Source: Tubiluchus corallicola
Taxonomy: Eukaryota > Animalia > Priapulida
Assembly (NCBI GenBank): GCA_030141605.1
Contig: JAQGDQ010000964.1
Span: 11,565 to 75,564 of the forward strand
Reading direction: 5' to 3'
DNA: 64,000 nt
A program made the position numbers and the translations under genes. Below are positions 62,301-64,000 of the stretch, piece by piece. Within the stretch, counting starts at the first letter, position 1; the number at the start of each line of letters is the position of its first letter. Below the pieces are notes generated by a model. The model saw only the letters and a program-made list of their open reading frames with translations, was not told the DNA's origin and searched no databases.

Positions 62301-63745
62301 TTCAGTAGTGGAAATCAGCGTGACCCTCGGATCATTCTCCATCCACACTATCCTTCCACAAATCCCAACGTAAAAGTTTGTGTCGTTTGAACAATACTCC
62401 ACAATCATTCCGTCACAGGTGCTGAACGCCTCCTCGCAATCCGCCACGCAGTCCAGAAGCAAAGCGGAGTCACAGATCCGTCCGCACCACTTGGAATGAC
62501 ACTTATCCCTGCATCGCCCGGAAGAAAAATTGCACCATCCCGAGAAACCTCCAGAACAGTCCTGGTAGTTATACCTGCATGCCTGAATCTGCAGCTGCAT
62601 GCGCATCGTCTCCTCGCACACTGCGTCCAGACGTCGCTCGCACATCAGAGGAGACTCACAGTTGCCCTGAGCAACGGCGACGCATGCCACACGCTCCTCC
62701 TCACAATGCACGTAGCAGGTGGAGACGTTCTCTGCGTGGGTGGCACAGCCGGTGCGACAATACGAGGAATACGTCAAGCATTCTTCATTCGCAGTCTCGT
62801 TGCATCCATGTCTGGCTTCCTGACATAGTAAGGAATTATTCCTGCAATGTTCAACCCATTTGCCGTAACACGGTTGCTTCTGTATACAAATGTCCACGCT
62901 GCACACAGTGGTAATGTCGGCCGGACACTGGTCATCCTCGTTCGCACATCGCCGCAACACCTTCTCCCTGCATACCTTTGCCTCCTGCTTACATCTTCTT
63001 GAAGTCTGAAAACAGCTGGAGTCGTAATAAGAGAAGAACAGGATCCCGAGAAAGTACGAACGCCTCTCGTCTTTCTCGTTGTAGACGTCGATTACGTTAT
63101 AGATGTGCTCACTGTCGTAATCCTCAGCGTGCGGGACGGGAACAAGCGACACGTTAGCATCGCCTTCGAAATCGGCCAGCACGGGTCTGGCATCGTCCTT
63201 GACAATAACCTAAAAAAGCATGTTTAATGGTGAAAATAAACTCCCCCGAATCTAAGACAATAATCTTTGACTAAATTCTAAATACTTATAGAAAATTTTA
63301 ATGCCTATACCATTGCAATCACCATTACAATCATCATTACAATCATCATTACAATCACCATTACAATCATCATTACAATCACCATTACAATCACCATTAC
63401 AATAATCATTCACAATCACCATTTACAATCATCATTACAATCACCATTACAATAATCATTTACAATCAACGTTACAATCATCACAACAATCACCGTGATA
63501 TACCTAGATATACCGAATATATATAGTGCCCTATGCCACCGAAATTACTATGACACATTTAACTGTGGTTGGGGAGCATGGTGCAGTTGTGGACATACAA
63601 ACCTTCACTGAGATACCATCTGGTAGGTCATGAAAACCAATACTCGCATGCCCGTGTGGGTCGACTTTAAACGTGTGCACCATGACGTCTTTGTCTGACT
63701 GTTCATCAGGACTGATTAGGAAATACGAGTCCACCTTTGTTACCT
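24682..63745 (-). CDS. Polycystin-1-like (PKD1L/REJ family) gene, 5'-partial, about 20 exons in window (~1,650 aa)
   Basis: Phase-consistent exon chain giving GAIN/GPS ([18 protein letters not shown]), TM1, [49 protein letters not shown] and a 6-TM PKD channel domain. Confidence 0.93.
26305..26787 (-). mobile_element. hAT-like MITE carrying a single 74-bp unit
   Basis: ca(t/g)tggc termini; reverse-complement homolog of 36945-38124. Confidence 0.75.
27006..27429. mobile_element. hAT-like MITE
   Basis: TIRs cagtggcgtcgtgc / gcacgacgcccctg; perfect 8-bp TSD gttataga on both sides. Confidence 0.88.
27560..27742 (-). CDS. PKD1-like exon (TOP domain)
   Basis: [35 protein letters not shown]; phase 1 to 1. 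Confidence 0.88.
27883..28261. mobile_element. pogo/Tc1-like MITE family 1 (cagtaaactccgc TIR)
   Basis: TIRs cagtaaactccgcgtaactcaaa / tttgagttatgcggagtttacgg with flanking TA. Confidence 0.8.
28592..29100. mobile_element. pogo/Tc1-like MITE family 1, opposite orientation
   Basis: Same TIRs, TA flanks, interior reverse-complementary to 27883-28261. Confidence 0.8.
29880..30045 (-). CDS. PKD1-like exon (TOP domain)
   Basis: [34 protein letters not shown]. Confidence 0.9.
30076..31310. repeat. 40-bp monomer / 120-bp higher-order minisatellite
   Basis: Sequence repeats every 120 bp in ~30260-31070; each unit is three related ~40-bp subunits; diverged monomers at the edge. Confidence 0.93.
31329..31404 (-). 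CDS. PKD1-like exon (TOP domain start)
   Basis: ttttcag acceptor; [26 protein letters not shown]; phase 2 to 0. Confidence 0.8.
31462..31928. mobile_element. pogo/Tc1-like MITE family 2
   Basis: ta-cagtcaacctcgggtataagg / ccttatatccgaggttgactg-ta. Confidence 0.85.
32801..32875 (+). ncRNA. Twister ribozyme (3' cleavage product) at the 5' end of a retroelement
   Basis: AA-CCUA-GCC-[ACUG..CAGU hairpin]-GCCGGUCCCAAGCCCGGAUAAA-UAGG-GAGGG; core matches the Oryza sativa twister as I recall it, with P2 covariation (CCUA/UAGG vs CACU/AGUG). Confidence 0.8.
32801..33300 (+). mobile_element. Internally deleted RTE-clade non-LTR retroelement (SINE-like)
   Basis: 17-bp TSD atgtatagaagRgtgga (32784-32800 and 33301-33317), (GAA)n tail, decayed RT C-terminus [34 protein letters not shown]. 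Confidence 0.9.
33538..33708 (-). CDS. PKD1-like exon (TM6), ends in a GC donor
   Basis: [35 protein letters not shown]; AG|gcaagt donor needed for phase. Confidence 0.85.
33964..34960. mobile_element. MITE family 3 copy, degenerate left end
   Basis: Right TIR cgaggacttactg-ta; shared ttgcctgcaacctgttg core. Confidence 0.65.
35094..35830 (-). CDS. PKD1-like exon (charged loop, TM4-TM5)
   Basis: 737 bp open frame containing [28 protein letters not shown]. Confidence 0.9.
36008..36706. mobile_element. pogo/Tc1-like MITE family 3 (cagtaagtcctcg TIR)
   Basis: TIRs cagtaagtcctcgcataacgacg / cgtagttaagcgaagacttactg; interior shared with other copies. Confidence 0.8.
36945..38124 (+). mobile_element. 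hAT-like MITE with an internal 74-bp array
   Basis: cagtggcggct..ccactg termini; homologous to 26305-26787. Confidence 0.75.
37021..37760. repeat. 74-bp minisatellite A, 10 copies
   Basis: Unit tttctttatacttgtacggaaccagagtacacgagggtagtactgtttgcttcacagtccagcacagaggtgtg; near-perfect copies. Confidence 0.97.
38326..43703. repeat. 74-bp satellite B, ~73 copies
   Basis: Unit aacaacttactcaaatcagcacgacaagcataaactcactgagtgccaatcaacacaggttgactcaacatgtg. Confidence 0.97.
43758..43827 (-). CDS. PKD1-like exon (loop)
   Basis: catttag acceptor, CAG|gtaagg donor; [24 protein letters not shown] bridges phase 2 to phase 0. Confidence 0.75.
45405..45504 (-). CDS. PKD1-like exon (TM3)
   Basis: [33 protein letters not shown]; phase 1 to 2. 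Confidence 0.85.
45603..45809. repeat. (CAA/CAG)n-(AAT)n microsatellite
   Basis: Direct inspection. Confidence 0.95.
45830..46045 (-). mobile_element. Possible tRNA-derived SINE remnant
   Basis: Minus strand reads gggtcataccaaagattttaaaaatggtacc, resembling a conserved SINE central domain (recalled, unverified); simple-repeat tail adjacent. Confidence 0.4.
46334..46469 (-). CDS. PKD1-like exon (TM2)
   Basis: [45 protein letters not shown]; canonical sites. Confidence 0.9.
47725..49165 (+). mobile_element. Decayed RTE-like LINE 3' fragment with internal 113-bp tandem amplification
   Basis: Unit encodes [37 protein letters not shown] (RT C-terminal motif); unique flanks continue the protein (..LNIKW; ..DRNAW). 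Confidence 0.8.
49295..49402 (-). CDS. PKD1-like exon (DNHLW..FSRTQ motif)
   Basis: [36 protein letters not shown] matches the family motif DxHxWxS..FTRxQR. Confidence 0.9.
49891..50475 (-). mobile_element. Same retroelement 3' end with an expanded (TAT)n tail
   Basis: Reverse complement of 17565-18041; the (AAT)n tract 49891-50083 lies where the tail is expected. Confidence 0.6.
50641..51272. mobile_element. MITE family 4 (gtgtgcttgca TIR, ~35 bp)
   Basis: Terminal inverted repeats; inverted homolog at 60474-61143; fragments near 44917-45240 and 17050-17170. Confidence 0.75.
51458..51596 (-). CDS. PKD1-like exon: intracellular PLAT end
   Basis: [29 protein letters not shown]; phase 2 to 0; gtaggt donor. 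Confidence 0.9.
51814..51973 (-). CDS. PKD1-like exon: intracellular PLAT core
   Basis: [53 protein letters not shown]; canonical AG/GT. Confidence 0.9.
52108..53455. repeat. Complex (CA)n-based minisatellite
   Basis: (CA)n punctuated by recurring catg and tatatacgag motifs. Confidence 0.97.
54149..54808. mobile_element. pogo/Tc1-like MITE family 3, opposite orientation
   Basis: ta-cagtaagtcctc..gaggacttactg-ta; interior reverse-complementary to 36008-36706. Confidence 0.8.
54871..54955 (-). CDS. PKD1-like exon: start of canonical intracellular PLAT (3' boundary uncertain)
   Basis: ttcctcag acceptor; [28 protein letters not shown]; no convincing donor site found. Confidence 0.75.
55725..55955 (-). 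CDS. PKD1-like exon: GPS cleavage site and TM1
   Basis: [56 protein letters not shown]. Confidence 0.92.
55964..56081. repeat. 23-bp tandem repeat, ~5 copies
   Basis: Unit aagaagccattttacagaagcca. Confidence 0.9.
56883..56986 (-). CDS. PKD1-like exon: GPS motif, first half
   Basis: [35 protein letters not shown]; tttgcag acceptor, gtgagt donor. Confidence 0.9.
57155..57558. mobile_element. Probable hAT-like MITE
   Basis: cagggtttccac / atgggaaccctg termini with subterminal ttcc(c/a)tgac repeats; no clear TSD. Confidence 0.5.
57736..57856 (-). CDS. PKD1-like exon: extra PLAT domain, part 3
   Basis: tttcctag acceptor, gtgaga donor; [40 protein letters not shown]; phase 0 to 1. Confidence 0.8.
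58368..58980. mobile_element. MITE family 3 copy, degenerate right end
   Basis: agtaagtccttgcttaacgac left TIR; shared core ttttgcctacaacctgttgctatag. Confidence 0.6.
59041..59143 (-). CDS. PKD1-like exon: extra PLAT domain, part 2
   Basis: ctcacag acceptor; [35 protein letters not shown]; phase 2 to 0. Confidence 0.85.
60474..61143. mobile_element. MITE family 4 copy
   Basis: gtgtgcttgcatagcaaaatcatccat / atggacgattttggtttgcaaacacac. Confidence 0.75.
61195..61342 (-). CDS. PKD1-like exon: extra PLAT domain, part 1
   Basis: tttttcag acceptor, gtaagt donor; [49 protein letters not shown]; phase 1 to 2. Confidence 0.85.
62282..63209 (-). CDS. PKD1-like exon: GAIN strands plus Cys-rich insert and Thr-rich linker
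   Basis: 928 bp; ttttttag acceptor; [16 protein letters not shown] then 32 Cys; CCAG|gtgaga donor (phase 1). Confidence 0.85.
63311..63495. repeat. 12-bp tandem repeat (caatcaYcatta)
   Basis: Direct inspection. Confidence 0.9.
63603..63745 (-). CDS. PKD1-like exon: GAIN subdomain-B-like strands
   Basis: ttttgcag acceptor, [34 protein letters not shown]|gtttgt donor, phase 0 matches next exon. Confidence 0.75.
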
Positions 63746-63785
63746 CTGCAAAAGAAATGAAATAGAAGAAACCTATATGTACAGC

Positions 63786-64000
<215 letters not shown>

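Overview
AT-rich, repeat-rich animal (invertebrate-like) genomic DNA; no prokaryotic features. Two gene loci are supported. (1) On the + strand, a tandem pair of intronless 363-aa class A GPCR genes (10528-11619, 14031-15122) preceded by a truncated pseudogene copy. (2) On the - strand, the 3' ~20 exons of a large polycystin-1-like (PKD1L/REJ family) gene, from beyond the right edge down to its stop at 24682. I assembled its exons by hand from splice sites and phases; one junction is unresolved. Its GAIN/GPS region appears to carry an insertion made of a 32-cysteine domain plus a second, extracellular PLAT domain on a phase 1-1 exon cassette. One intron holds an RTE-derived retroelement whose first base coincides with the cleavage site of a twister ribozyme. 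The rest is MITEs (pogo/Tc1-like, hAT-like, foldback), LINE remnants, minisatellites (several amplified from inside transposons) and microsatellites. Most other ORFs in the track are repeat artefacts.
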